From an uncultured Oscillospiraceae bacterium (GTDB taxonomy: Bacteria > Bacillota > Clostridia > Saccharofermentanales > UBA5734): a stretch of 64,000 nt of DNA. Under the pieces are notes generated by a model. It was not told the DNA's origin. It searched no databases and was given only the letters and a program-made list of their open reading frames with translations. The DNA is taken from assembly GCA_964534195.1 (NCBI GenBank), contig CAZHQX010000001.1, forward strand, positions 30,474-94,473. Reading direction: 5' to 3'. Numbering within the stretch: position 1 is the first letter of the stretch; every line of letters starts with the position of its first letter. The position numbers and the translations under genes are program-made. Shown in pieces: positions 20,138 to 30,800 of this stretch.

Positions 20138-22965
20138 ATATAATTGATAAGCTATTTGGGACACATTCTGAAAGAGAAATCAAGAAATTGATGCCTCTTG
20201 TCAAGCAAGTCGAGGATCTTGCTCCCAGATTTAAGAAGATGGATGAAACTGAGCTTAAGGCCTGCACTGAGTTGTTTAAAAAACGTTTGAACGAAGGCGA
20301 AACTCTCGATCAATTGCTGCCGGAGGCTTTTGCCGCTGTTCGTGAAGCGGCTGGAAGAGTCCTGGGTATGTATCACTATCCAGTTCAGCTTCTTGGTGGT
20401 ATCGTTTTACATCAAGGTCGTATTGCCGAGATGAAAACTGGTGAAGGCAAGACTCTGGTTGCAACATTGCCTGTATACCTTAATGCGTTGACTGGTAAAG
20501 GTGTTCATGTTGTAACTGTTAATGATTACCTGGCGTCCAGAGATAGTGAATGGATGGGTAAGGTATATAGATACCTGGGCTTATCTGTGGGACTGATCGT
20601 TCATGGTTTAAGTAATGAACAGCGGCGAAAATCATATGCTGCCGATATAACATATGGAACCAATAATGAATTTGGCTTCGATTATCTAAGAGATAACATG
20701 GTTACCTATAAGCAGAATATGGTTCAGCGTGAATTGAATTTCGCTATAGTTGACGAGGTCGACAGTATTTTGATCGATGAAGCCAGGACCCCTCTGATTA
20801 TTTCAGGCATGGGCGATGAGTCGTCTGATTTATACGAAAGAGCAGACAGACTTGTCAGAAGGTTTAAGCCTTTTGTCATGACAGAAACCGATGATAAGGT
20901 TGATCAGGATGAACTGACAGAGGACGCTGATTATATCGTAGATGAGAAGGCTAAGACAGCTGTATTAACAAGAAGAGGTGTGAAAAAATCTGAGGAATAT
21001 TTCTCAATTGAGAATCTTTCAGATCAAGAAAACTATCAAATTAATCATCATATAAACAATGCGCTCAAAGCTTATGGAATAATGCATCTTGACTCTGATT
21101 ATGTTGTCAAAGACGGAGAAGTGATCATTGTCGATGATTTTACAGGACGACTAATGCTGGGGCGCAGATATAGCAATGGCCTGCATCAGGCAATCGAGGC
21201 TAAAGAAAATGTAAAGGTTGAGCGGGAGAATAAAACGCTTGCCACTATAACTTTCCAGAACTATTTCCGTATGTATGGCAAGCTTTCAGGTATGACTGGT
21301 ACAGCTCTAACGGAGGAAAATGAGTTTCGAGCGATCTATTCGCTGGACGTTATCTGTATACCGACAAACCGTCCGATGGTCAGAGAGGATATGGCGGACG
21401 CGGTTTTTAAAACGCAAAACGGTAAATATACAGCTTTGCTGCGTGAAGTGACAGAGGCGAACAAGCATGGTCAGCCTCTTCTGATTGGTACAGTATCAGT
21501 TGAGCGTTCTGAGTACATATCAGCACTGTTCAGAAAAAATGGTATTCCGCATAATGTGCTCAATGCCAAGCAGCATGACAGGGAAGCTGAGATAGTTGCA
21601 CAGGCAGGCCGATATGGCGCGGTAACTATAGCCACTAATATGGCCGGTCGAGGTACTGATATACTTCTTGGCGGCAACCCTGAATTCCTTAGTAAGCAGG
21701 AAATGCGTAAACGTGGGATTCAAGATGAGCTGATCGAGGCCTCTACTACCTTGAACGATACAGATGATCAGCTGATATTGGATGCACGCAAGCTCTACCG
21801 TGAACTTTTTGAAGATTTTAAGCAGAAGACTCAACAGGAGCGTGACAGAGTTGTTGAAGCGGGCGGACTGTACATCATAGGTACTGAACGTCACGAATCT
21901 AGGCGAATAGATAATCAGCTGCGTGGTCGTGCCGGTCGCCAGGGTGACCCTGGCCGCAGCCGGTTTTACCTTTCGCTGGAAGATGATCTTATGAGATTAT
22001 TCGGCGGCGAACGTATGACGAAGGTTTTCGCTGCTCTTGGTGTTGATGAGGATATTGAAATACAACATAATATGCTCTCGAATGCCATAGAATCAGCCCA
22101 GAAAAGGGTTGAAGGCAGAAACTTCAGTATTCGTAAACATGTTCTCGAATACGATGATGTTATGAACAAACAGCGTGAGATCATTTATGCTCAGAGAAGA
22201 AAGGTCCTCGAGGGTGATGATCTACATGTCAACTTCCGCAAAATGATCGAGGATGTCATGAGAGAGACCCTTCTTGATTTCTGTGCGGGTCTGGCAAATT
22301 CAGCGGAGTGGGATACGGTTGCCCTCGATGCTAAGGTCAGAGATATTTTTGGAGATTTGGATGGATTGAGCGAACTTGGTAAAGCGCGCCAGGGAATTGA
22401 TGCTGAGGAGTTCAACGATCTCCTTACAGAACAGGCTTTGGCAAAGTTTGAGAGCAGGTCTGAGGAGTTAGGTTCTGCAGAGCTGATGCGCGAAGCTGAA
22501 CGTGTTATCCTGCTGCGTACTGTTGATAGCCATTGGATGGATCATATTGATGCGATGGATGATCTCAGAGACAGTATAGGTATGCGAGGCTATGCTCAGC
22601 ATGATCCGGTGATCGAATATAAGAAAGAAGGCTTCTCGATGTTTGAGTCTATGAATCAGGTCATTAGAGAGGATTCGGTCCGCTTGATCATGAGAGCCAG
22701 ATTTAATACAGAACAAGCTATGAAACGCAAAGAAGTCGCCAAAAACATTACCGAGGGACATGGTGGAAGCGGCTATACCGGACAGGCTGATGCTAAGTCA
22801 AATGCTTTGCCTTCTGTGAATACTGGCAGACAGCAAATAAACAGGCCGGAAGGTACAGGACCTCAACAGCCTCAGCGCAGAGAAGAGTCGAAGGTAGGAA
22901 GAAATGATCCTTGCCCGTGCGGCAGCGGCAAGAAATACAAAAATTGCCATGGTAAGAATGAATAG
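20134..22965 (+). CDS. secA: preprotein translocase ATPase SecA
   Basis: Motifs '[14 protein letters not shown]' and '[19 protein letters not shown]', plus C-terminal SEC-C '[19 protein letters not shown]'. Its ATG overlaps the yerC-like stop as ATGA. Confidence 0.97.
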   Translation: MNIIDKLFGTHSEREIKKLMPLVKQVEDLAPRFKKMDETELKACTELFKKRLNEGETLDQLLPEAFAAVREAAGRVLGMYHYPVQLLGGIVLHQGRIAEMKTGEGKTLVATLPVYLNALTGKGVHVVTVNDYLASRDSEWMGKVYRYLGLSVGLIVHGLSNEQRRKSYAADITYGTNNEFGFDYLRDNMVTYKQNMVQRELNFAIVDEVDSILIDEARTPLIISGMGDESSDLYERADRLVRRFKPFVMTETDDKVDQDELTEDADYIVDEKAKTAVLTRRGVKKSEEYFSIENLSDQENYQINHHINNALKAYGIMHLDSDYVVKDGEVIIVDDFTGRLMLGRRYSNGLHQAIEAKENVKVERENKTLATITFQNYFRMYGKLSGMTGTALTEENEFRAIYSLDVICIPTNRPMVREDMADAVFKTQNGKYTALLREVTEANKHGQPLLIGTVSVERSEYISALFRKNGIPHNVLNAKQHDREAEIVAQAGRYGAVTIATNMAGRGTDILLGGNPEFLSKQEMRKRGIQDELIEASTTLNDTDDQLILDARKLYRELFEDFKQKTQQERDRVVEAGGLYIIGTERHESRRIDNQLRGRAGRQGDPGRSRFYLSLEDDLMRLFGGERMTKVFAALGVDEDIEIQHNMLSNAIESAQKRVEGRNFSIRKHVLEYDDVMNKQREIIYAQRRKVLEGDDLHVNFRKMIEDVMRETLLDFCAGLANSAEWDTVALDAKVRDIFGDLDGLSELGKARQGIDAEEFNDLLTEQALAKFESRSEELGSAELMREAERVILLRTVDSHWMDHIDAMDDLRDSIGMRGYAQHDPVIEYKKEGFSMFESMNQVIREDSVRLIMRARFNTEQAMKRKEVAKNITEGHGGSGYTGQADAKSNALPSVNTGRQQINRPEGTGPQQPQRREESKVGRNDPCPCGSGKKYKNCHGKNE

Positions 22966-22995
22966 AAGGACTGTTTATTTTGTGAGGGTACTAAT

Positions 22996-23823
22996 ATGAA
23001 TATTGATCATTACAGACAAGATATAGCAGCGGCAGCAGATGTAATAAAAGCCAGGTTCAGCAGCGAAATAGATTGGCTGCTTGTTCTCGGCTCAGGCTTG
23101 GGAAGATTAGCTGATGGTATTAATGATCCCGTTATTATCAATTATGATGAGCTTCCTGGATTTCCTCAATCTACAGTACCTGGACATGCGGGCAGATTCA
23201 TACTTGGAAGTTGGTCAGGTCATACAGTAGCGATCATGCAGGGGCGTTTTCATTATTATGAGGGTTATGAAATTGCTGAAACTGTTCTGCCAATCAGAGT
23301 CATGCAGTCATTAGGTGTGAAGAATATTCTTCTAACGAATGCTGCCGGTGGTATGGCTGACGGTATGAGTCCCGGGGATTTAATGTTGATTACAGACCAT
23401 ATCAGCCTGTGGGCCGAGTCACCGCTGAGAGGACCTAATATGGATGAGTTCGGCTCCAGATTTATTGATCAAACCTCGGTTTATGACAAGGAGTATGGCA
23501 GGATAATTAAGGATCAGGCAGCTGCACTTAATATCAATATGCATGAGGGTGTTTATTCATGGTGCAGAGGGCCGCAATTTGAGACACCAGCCGAAATTAG
23601 ACTTTTGAAGCTAGTGGGAGCTTCTGCCGCCGGTATGTCTACGGTGCCTGAAGCAATTACAGCCGCTCATGGTGGTATGAGGACCGCAGCTATTTCCTGT
23701 ATTACAAATTTGGCCGCTGGAATCAGCAGCCAGAAGCTTAGTCATGAAGAGGTTATGGAAACCGGCGCAAAAGCGGCTGACGCGACTATTGCTCTGATTA
23801 CAGCGTTTTTGGAGCATGTTTAG
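22996..23823 (+). CDS. punA: purine nucleoside phosphorylase, trimeric PNP/MTAP family
   Basis: 'GHAGRFILGSW.GHTVAIMQGRFHYYEGY' and 'GMSTVPE' motifs. Confidence 0.9.
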   Translation: MNIDHYRQDIAAAADVIKARFSSEIDWLLVLGSGLGRLADGINDPVIINYDELPGFPQSTVPGHAGRFILGSWSGHTVAIMQGRFHYYEGYEIAETVLPIRVMQSLGVKNILLTNAAGGMADGMSPGDLMLITDHISLWAESPLRGPNMDEFGSRFIDQTSVYDKEYGRIIKDQAAALNINMHEGVYSWCRGPQFETPAEIRLLKLVGASAAGMSTVPEAITAAHGGMRTAAISCITNLAAGISSQKLSHEEVMETGAKAADATIALITAFLEHV

Positions 23824-23849
23824 TCTACAAGGGATCCAGGAGGGATAAA

Positions 23850-25109
23850 ATGGATTATGATATCAAAGATCTAGGACTTGCGGAATCTGGTCATAGGAAG
23901 ATCAAGTGGGCTGCGGCCAATATGCCTGTTTTAAGCAGAATAGCAGATGAATTTTCTGTTTCCAAACCTTTTGCCGGTTTGAGGATCGCTGTAAGTGTTC
24001 ATGTAGAGGCAAAAACAGCTTACTTAGCACAGGTGCTGCGGATTGGTGGAGCCAGAGTAGCTCTTACAGGCTGCAATCCTCTGTCGACTCAGGATGATGT
24101 AGCCGCTGCACTGGCGAGTGAAGGCATGGAGGTGTTCTGTATACATGGGGCAGACTCAGAAACCTATGTTCGCCATCTGAGGCAGGCACTTGATTTTGAT
24201 CCGCATATCGTTATAGACGATGGTGGTGATTTCGCGCAGCTTCTGCATACTACTGAACAGCATCGGCTCAAAGATCTTATTGGTGGTTGTGAGGAGACTA
24301 CCACCGGTGTCAAACGGTTGAAAATTCTGGAGAAGACCGGTCAGCTCAAGTATCCTGTTATTGCGGTTAATGATGCCAGATGCAAGCATCTTTTTGATAA
24401 TCGTTTTGGGACGGGACAATCAGTGTGGGCTGCGATCATGAGTACTACTAATTTGCTCGTTGCAGGTAAAACTGTTGTTGTTAATGGCTTCGGTATGTGT
24501 GGTAAGGGCGTTGCTTTGAGAGCAGCGGGGCTTGGCGCCAGAGTGATCGTTACAGAAATTGACCCTGTTAAGGCCTGTGAAGCATTGATGGAAGGCTATG
24601 ATGTCATGAAAATGGATGACGCTGCACAGCTCGGAGATCTATTTGTTACAGTGACAGGGTGCAAGGACGTAATTACAGCTAAGCATTTCCGTAAAATGAA
24701 AAATGGCGCTATTATGTGCAATGCTGGACATTTTGACGTTGAGATCAATTTACCTCAGCTCGCCGGCATGTCAAAAGAAAAAAGAGAAGTTCGTGAAAAT
24801 ATTGATTCTTATTATCTGCAAGATGGACGCGTGTTGAATGTGCTAGCACAGGGTAGGTTGGTTAATCTTGCGGCAGGCGACGGACATCCTGCTGAGATTA
24901 TGGACATGAGCTTCGCGCTTCAGGCAAGATCTGCCCAATACATCGCCCAGCATGGAAAAGAGATGGAAGCAGCCGTTTATGATATACCAGCGGAAATTGA
25001 TGATTCAGTCGCGATGACGCTTCTTCTGCATAAGAACAGAGGTTTGGATAGATTGACGCCTGATCAGCAATACTATATTGATAATTGGGACTTAAGTGAA
25101 ATGGAATAA
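23850..25109 (+). CDS. ahcY: adenosylhomocysteinase, short archaeal/Thermotoga type
   Basis: Motif 'EETTTGV', NAD site 'VNGFGMCGKGVA', 'TEIDPVKACEALMEGY' and 'CNAGHFDVEI'. 419 aa. Confidence 0.9.
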   Translation: MDYDIKDLGLAESGHRKIKWAAANMPVLSRIADEFSVSKPFAGLRIAVSVHVEAKTAYLAQVLRIGGARVALTGCNPLSTQDDVAAALASEGMEVFCIHGADSETYVRHLRQALDFDPHIVIDDGGDFAQLLHTTEQHRLKDLIGGCEETTTGVKRLKILEKTGQLKYPVIAVNDARCKHLFDNRFGTGQSVWAAIMSTTNLLVAGKTVVVNGFGMCGKGVALRAAGLGARVIVTEIDPVKACEALMEGYDVMKMDDAAQLGDLFVTVTGCKDVITAKHFRKMKNGAIMCNAGHFDVEINLPQLAGMSKEKREVRENIDSYYLQDGRVLNVLAQGRLVNLAAGDGHPAEIMDMSFALQARSAQYIAQHGKEMEAAVYDIPAEIDDSVAMTLLLHKNRGLDRLTPDQQYYIDNWDLSEME

Positions 25110-25167
25110 TTTGATGATAAGTCTTATTGGAAGAGATCAAATTGGCAAACAATAGGGGTATGCAGAT

Positions 25168-26538
25168 ATGACAAAAAAAAAGACCAATGTACTTCTTGAA
25201 AACATTTTGCTGGTAACGGCGGTTCCTGAAGAGGTAGGCAGACAGCCGGAATATTCTGCGTTTTACTCCTCTGAAAAAGGCCTTTTGATAATGCGGGATG
25301 CTTTTGTAGCCGTTTGTGACGGGATAATCGTTTATGTGGGTCGCGATAGAGCTGAAGCTGAGTCTGCTTTTGCCGGTAGCTCATATGAAATATACAATGG
25401 CAAAAGCAAGCTGGTCTGGCCATCTATGGCCAATACGCACGGCCATATTCCTATGACCTTAATGAGAAATCGGACAGATGATCACAATCTTCATGATTGG
25501 CTTTTTAATGTTATATTCCCGATGGAGGCCCATCTTACAGAGGCCCACGTATATAGCGGCACAATGCTTGGTCTTGCAGAAATGATCCGTCATGGAACAG
25601 GTGCAGCTGCGGACATGTACTATTTCAGTGATTCAGTTGCCGAGGCCGCCAGTCAGGCTGGGTTCAGACTAAATGTCTGTTGTGATGGCAAGCTTGAAGG
25701 AAGTGACGGCAAAGCTCATGTTTCTAACAGCGAGCTTGCCCGATTCAATACTCGCTGGGAAGAAGGAAGCAAAGGCCTTATCAGGACTTCCTTGCTTGTT
25801 CATTCTGTGTATCTTTATGAACCGTATATTTATGAAGAGCTGGCAGATGCTGCAAGCAGGCACAATATGTTTGTTCAGGTTCATATTTCTGAAACAAAAA
25901 AAGAGGTTGAGGACTGTTTGGCAAAATATGGCAGGAGGCCTCCTCAGCAGCTCAATGAGTTCGGATTGCTAAGTGGCCCTGTAATAGCCGCGCATTGTGT
26001 ACATCTTGATGATGATGACAGAGCCTTGCTGGCTGCCAGAAATGTTACGGTAGCTCATAACCCTGCTAGTAATTTCAAGCTCGGCAGCGGTTTCGCTGAT
26101 ATAAACACAATGGTAAAAGCAGGGATCAATGTCAGTCTTGGTACAGATGGAGCAGCCAGCAACAATAATCTTGACCTTTATCAAGAGATGAGATTGGCAG
26201 GGTTTCTGGCAAAAGGATTGACAGGTGATGCTAGTGTTCTGCCTGCAGGTCAGCTGATCAGGATGGCTACATATAATGGAATGAGAGGTCTTGGGTTTGA
26301 CCAAGCAGGCTGTCTGCTGCCAGGTTGGAAGGCAGATCTCCAAATTGTGGACATCGATCATCCGGCTATGCAGCCGCTGGGAGATCCAGAGGCAGCGCTG
26401 GTTTATAGCAGTGACAGCAGTTATGTAGAGTCACTGATGGTTAACGGTGTCTGGTTAATGTATAAAAATGAGCTGAAAACTATTGATGAAGAGAAGGCGA
26501 TAGCTCAAGCGAATTATTATGCAGGCAGGCTTGGCTGA
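25168..26538 (+). CDS. mtaD: 5'-methylthioadenosine/S-adenosylhomocysteine deaminase-type amidohydrolase
   Basis: Motifs 'NTHGHIPMT' (HxH), 'VHISET' and 'LGTDGAASNNNLDL' are characteristic of the MtaD/TM0936 group. Confidence 0.8.
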   Translation: MTKKKTNVLLENILLVTAVPEEVGRQPEYSAFYSSEKGLLIMRDAFVAVCDGIIVYVGRDRAEAESAFAGSSYEIYNGKSKLVWPSMANTHGHIPMTLMRNRTDDHNLHDWLFNVIFPMEAHLTEAHVYSGTMLGLAEMIRHGTGAAADMYYFSDSVAEAASQAGFRLNVCCDGKLEGSDGKAHVSNSELARFNTRWEEGSKGLIRTSLLVHSVYLYEPYIYEELADAASRHNMFVQVHISETKKEVEDCLAKYGRRPPQQLNEFGLLSGPVIAAHCVHLDDDDRALLAARNVTVAHNPASNFKLGSGFADINTMVKAGINVSLGTDGAASNNNLDLYQEMRLAGFLAKGLTGDASVLPAGQLIRMATYNGMRGLGFDQAGCLLPGWKADLQIVDIDHPAMQPLGDPEAALVYSSDSSYVESLMVNGVWLMYKNELKTIDEEKAIAQANYYAGRLG

Positions 26539-26599
26539 GATTTTGTCTGATTGACAACAGGGCTGCCGATTTGATATGATAATCGACGCCTTGACCGAT

Positions 26600-26674
26600 G
26601 CCGCTGTGGCTCAGGGGTAGAGCAATTCACTCGTAATGAATAGGTCGTGAGTTCAATTCTCACCAGCGGCTCCA
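26600..26674 (+). tRNA. tRNA-Thr (anticodon CGU), CCA encoded
   Basis: Manual cloverleaf: acceptor GCCGCTG/CAGCGGC, D stem GCTC/GAGC, anticodon stem ATTCA/TGAAT with loop CTCGTAA, T stem GTGAG/CTCAC with loop TTCAATT. 75 nt. Confidence 0.95.
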
Positions 26675-26679
26675 TAGAT

Positions 26680-26717
26680 ATGGCTGTCTCAGTTCACTAT
26701 TGAGGCAGCCATTTTTC
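26680..26717 (+). terminator. rho-independent terminator after tRNA-Thr
   Basis: 12-bp stem ATGGCTGTCTCA / TGAGGCAGCCAT (one G-U pair) followed by TTTTT. Confidence 0.8.
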
Positions 26718-26835
26718 GTATCATTGCCAATTTGCATTCTTGCCGCAACAGGTTATAATAGCCTTAGTTGTTGTGAATATCGCAATAACAAGCCCTTTAT
26801 TAAGACAGAAAAACAATTTACAGGAGGCGATTTTT

Positions 26836-27093
26836 ATGAGTATGGCATTTGCGATGAACAATATTGACGTACAGGCTTTTATAAAAGCTCTGGATAAGTG
26901 CAAAGGTGGAGTATACCTCGTAACTGAGGAGAATGATCGATTCAATCTTAAGAGTAAGCTTAGTCAGCTTACAGGTATTATCAGCCTGATCGAGGGCGGA
27001 CGCCTGGTCGACGCTAAGGTTGTATGTGATGATCCTGAAGATGAGTCAATGTTGTTCAGACTTAATCTGTTTGGAGATACCACACAAGAATAA
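26836..27093 (+). CDS. small hypothetical protein (85 aa)
   Basis: ATG 26836 follows AGGAGG. The track ORF from 26740 runs through the terminator and is probably over-extended. No motif recognised. Confidence 0.5.
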   Translation: MSMAFAMNNIDVQAFIKALDKCKGGVYLVTEENDRFNLKSKLSQLTGIISLIEGGRLVDAKVVCDDPEDESMLFRLNLFGDTTQE

Positions 27094-27119
27094 GCTTTAT
27101 GCTTTTTAATGAAATGATT

Positions 27120-27154
27120 AGCGCCATCTGTATATAGCAGAGGCGCTTTTTTTC
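27120..27154 (+). terminator. rho-independent terminator
   Basis: Stem AGCGCC(A)TCTG / CAGAGGCGCT followed by T7. Confidence 0.75.
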
Positions 27155-27162
27155 GTCTGACA

Positions 27163-27191
27163 TTGAGATTCAACGCTTCTGATGTTATATT
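27163..27191 (+). promoter_or_regulatory. sigma-70-type promoter for the 2H-phosphoesterase gene
   Basis: TTGAGA (27163-27168), 17-nt spacer, TATATT (27186-27191). Confidence 0.45.
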
Positions 27192-27222
27192 TATGAAAGC
27201 ATGAAAAGACAGGAGAGCGATC

Positions 27223-27762
27223 ATGGACTATGCTGTGCTGCTATATTTCGATGAAAATGCGGAGAGCTTGATAGATAAATGGACACAAGACTTGGTCAAT
27301 CTAGGACTAAATAGTAGATTTGCTGAAATAGATATGCGGCCTCATTTGACTCTGGCAGAGTTTGATCTGACTGATCTGGGAAGAGTCGAACAGCTCCTAA
27401 AAGAGTTCGCTGATCGACAACAGCCTGTAGATCTGCGCTTTTCCAGCCTTGGTGTGTTCCCGGGGGAGAACGCGGTTTTGTTTCTTAACCCTGTTGTGTC
27501 GGGGCGGCTGGTTGAGCTGCATCAGGATCTAAACAGATTGCTTGAGATATGCTGTAATGAATTTTCTCCTCTGTACACAGAAGAAAACTGGGTGCCTCAC
27601 TGCACATTGGCTTTGGATTACAACAATGATCATCTTGATCAGGCTATGCGCTACCTTAGTGATCGTTTTTTGCCAATTGATACAAAAGCCGTATCAATTG
27701 TTCTCTATGGCTGCTGTCCTTACCATGAAATGATGGTTATTCCGCTAAATAATCAAGTCTAA
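27223..27762 (+). CDS. 2H phosphoesterase superfamily protein (LigT / 2'-5' RNA ligase-like)
   Basis: Two HxTx motifs at the expected spacing: 'RPHLTLAEF' and 'VPHCTLAL'. Confidence 0.7.
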   Translation: MDYAVLLYFDENAESLIDKWTQDLVNLGLNSRFAEIDMRPHLTLAEFDLTDLGRVEQLLKEFADRQQPVDLRFSSLGVFPGENAVLFLNPVVSGRLVELHQDLNRLLEICCNEFSPLYTEENWVPHCTLALDYNNDHLDQAMRYLSDRFLPIDTKAVSIVLYGCCPYHEMMVIPLNNQV

Positions 27763-27845
27763 CAATTAGATGATAGCCAGAAAAATAAGTATGATATATA
27801 ATGTACTTTACTTTGATTTGCAAAATATATTGTTAACAAGAAAGA

Positions 27846-30800
27846 ATGCAGGTGTATTACCACATGGTTCAAAACAACATAAAAACTGATGAGATAATAA
27901 ATATTCAAACTTCTCCAAGAGAGCTGGTGATGGCTGATAAGATCGATCTGCCTAAGGACGCCGTTCTTAAAATGGGACTAGATGTTGGTTCCACCACAGT
28001 TAAGATCGTTCTGATTCATGAAGATCGGATTTTGTATCAGCAATATAGAAGGCATAACGCTGACAGCATCGGCGAGCTTCAGAAGGCTTTTGCCGAGGTG
28101 GCTGAACTTTATCCCGATGCGAGCGTAAGCATCAGTATAACCGGTTCAGGTGGATTAAGTGTAGCTAAATGGCTTGAACTTAGCTTCGTTCAAGAGGTTA
28201 TTGCTGAAACTGAGGCGATTCGCGTATACGATCCGGAAGCTGATGTTGTAATTGAGCTTGGCGGTGAAGATGCGAAGATCACTTATATGAAACCTGTGCC
28301 GGAGCAGAGAATGAATGGAACCTGCGCTGGCGGAACCGGCGCATTTATCGATCAGATGGCATCGCTGCTCCAGACCGACGCAGGTGGGCTTAATGAGCTT
28401 GCTGCCAAGTACAAGAGATTGTATCCAATAGCGTCCAGATGCGGTGTTTTTGCAAAAAGCGATCTGCAGCCATTGATCAATGAGGGCGCGGCCAGAGAAG
28501 ATTTGGCGGCTTCGGTTCTTCAGTCGGTCGTCAATCAGACGATAGCCGGTCTGGCCTGTGGTCGTCCAATCAAAGGCAACGTTATTTTTTTGGGTGGTCC
28601 GCTGCACTTTTTGTCTGAGCTGCGCAGAGCCTATGAGAGAACACTTACAGAAAACGTGGAAAGCTTCAAAAATCCGCCTTTTGCCCAGCTGTATGTAGCT
28701 GTTGGAGCGGCATTGCTTGCAGATAATGAGCCTTTGCCGCTGAGCGAAATTCTGAACAGATTCAAAACTAACCGCAAGCTTGATCATGATATCGGCAGAA
28801 TCAGACCATTATTCGCTGATGATAATGAAAAGAGAAACTTTTTCGAAAGACATGATAAGGCGTCTGTTGAGCTGATGGATATAGCGACGGCAGAGGGTCC
28901 TTGTTATCTAGGTATTGACGCTGGCAGTACAACAACAAAGGCTGTGCTTATAGATAATTCAGGTGAGTTGATTTTTACATATTATGCAGGCAACAAGGGA
29001 AACCCGATCACCAGTGCTGTGAAAATACTGCGTAAGATCTATGAACAGCTGCCTGCTTCGGCTTATATAGCCAGATCATGTGTTACTGGATATGGCGAGC
29101 ATCTGATCAAAGCCGCTCTCGGAATTGAGGAAGGCGAGATCGAGACAATGGCCCACTATAAATCTGCAGAGTTCTTCAGCCCTGGCGTTGATTTTATCAT
29201 CGATATTGGCGGTCAGGACATGAAGTGTATGCGCGTGAGAGATGGTATTATTGACAGCATAATGGTCAACGAAGCTTGCTCATCAGGCTGTGGTTCATTC
29301 ATTCAGACCTTTGCTGAAACCTTGAATATGGACGCTCATACCTTCTCGCTTGAGGCTTTGGCTTCAGAAAATCCTGTAGATCTTGGCACACGCTGCACTG
29401 TTTTCATGAACTCAAGAGTTAAGCAGGCTCAGAAGGAAGGCGCCACTGTTGGTGATATTTCCGCAGGCTTGTCTTATTCCGTAGTTAGAAATGCATTGTA
29501 CAAGGTTATCAAGATCAAGGATCCAGAGGCGCTTGGCAATAAGGTTGTCGTACAGGGAGGAACCTTCCTGAATGACGCAATTCTAAGATGCTTCGAGCTT
29601 GTTGCAGGCAGAGAAGTTATAAGACCTAATATAGCGGGATTAATGGGTGCTTTTGGCGCGGCCTTGATCGCAAAAGAGCGATTTGAGAATCAACCGGGCA
29701 GCCTCATAAGCTCAGAAAACCTTGAGGGCTTCACAGTAGATACAGAATTGACTCATTGTAAGCTCTGTACCAATCACTGTCAGCTGACGATCTCAAGCTT
29801 CAGCAATGGTGAACGTTTTGTTTCAGGCAATCGTTGCGAGCGCGGCGCAGGTGTCAGCAGCCCCACTGCTGATCTGCCTGATTTATTTGACTATAAGTAC
29901 AAAAGACTGTTCAGATACAAGCCATTGTCCTTGGAAGCGGCTCAGCGCGGGACGTTGGGTCTGCCTCGTGCTCTTAATATGTACGAGAATTATCCTTTTT
30001 GGTTTACGCTCCTGACCAGTCTTGGCTTCCGTGTCATTATTTCCGGTCAGTCTAATCATAAGCTTTTTGAAAAAGGAATGGACAGTATCCCGTCTGAGAG
30101 TGTTTGCTATCCTGCCAAACTGGCTCATGGACATATAGCCGATCTGATCAGCAAAGGAATCAAGACAATTTTCTATCCGGACCTGCCATATGAACAAAAA
30201 GAAGTTGAGGCAGCAAATAATCATTACAATTGTCCGATAGTTGCTTCATATCCTGAAGTTATCAAAAATAATGTTGAGGATATCAGAGAGCATTCCATTA
30301 AGTTTATGAATCCATTTCTGCCTCTGGAAAATAGAGAAAAACTGGCAGTCCGGCTGGTTGAAGTTTTTGCTGATTATAATGTCAGTTTGAAAGAAGTAAA
30401 AACCGCGGTTGAAGCTGCATTTGCCGAGGATGCCAAGTTCAAGCAGGATATACGTGATAAGGGTACTGAGATACTTAAATATCTTGAAGAAACAGGCAAA
30501 AAAGGAGTTGTATTGGCTGGCAGACCGTATCATGTTGATCCTGAGATCCATCATGGTATACCTAAAATGATCAACAGTCTGGGACTGGCTGTGTTGACTG
30601 AGGATGCAATAATTCAGCCAGGTCTTCTGGAACGGCCGATTCGCATTGTTGATCAGTGGGCTTATCATTCCAGATTATATGAGGCTGCGGCCGTTGTGGC
30701 TATCAGAGATGATCTAGAGCTTGTTCAGCTAAACTCATTTGGTTGCGGACTAGATGCTGTTACAACTGATCAGGTACAGGAGATACTTGAAGCGCAGGGT

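Noticed and set aside
25124-25423. 99-aa minus-strand ORF across the ahcY-mtaD junction.
   Set aside because: It is antisense to the well-supported mtaD N-terminus and has an unremarkable basic, low-complexity translation.
28155-28787. 210-aa antisense ORF inside the 1453-aa activase-type gene. Similar long antisense ORFs occur at 48693-49319, 61110-61652, 45249-45764, 62474-62941 and 8051-8407.
   Set aside because: Each lies entirely opposite a well-supported CDS with clear family motifs. The translations are low-complexity or Cys/Ser/Leu-rich with no motifs and no RBS. These are typical shadow ORFs.
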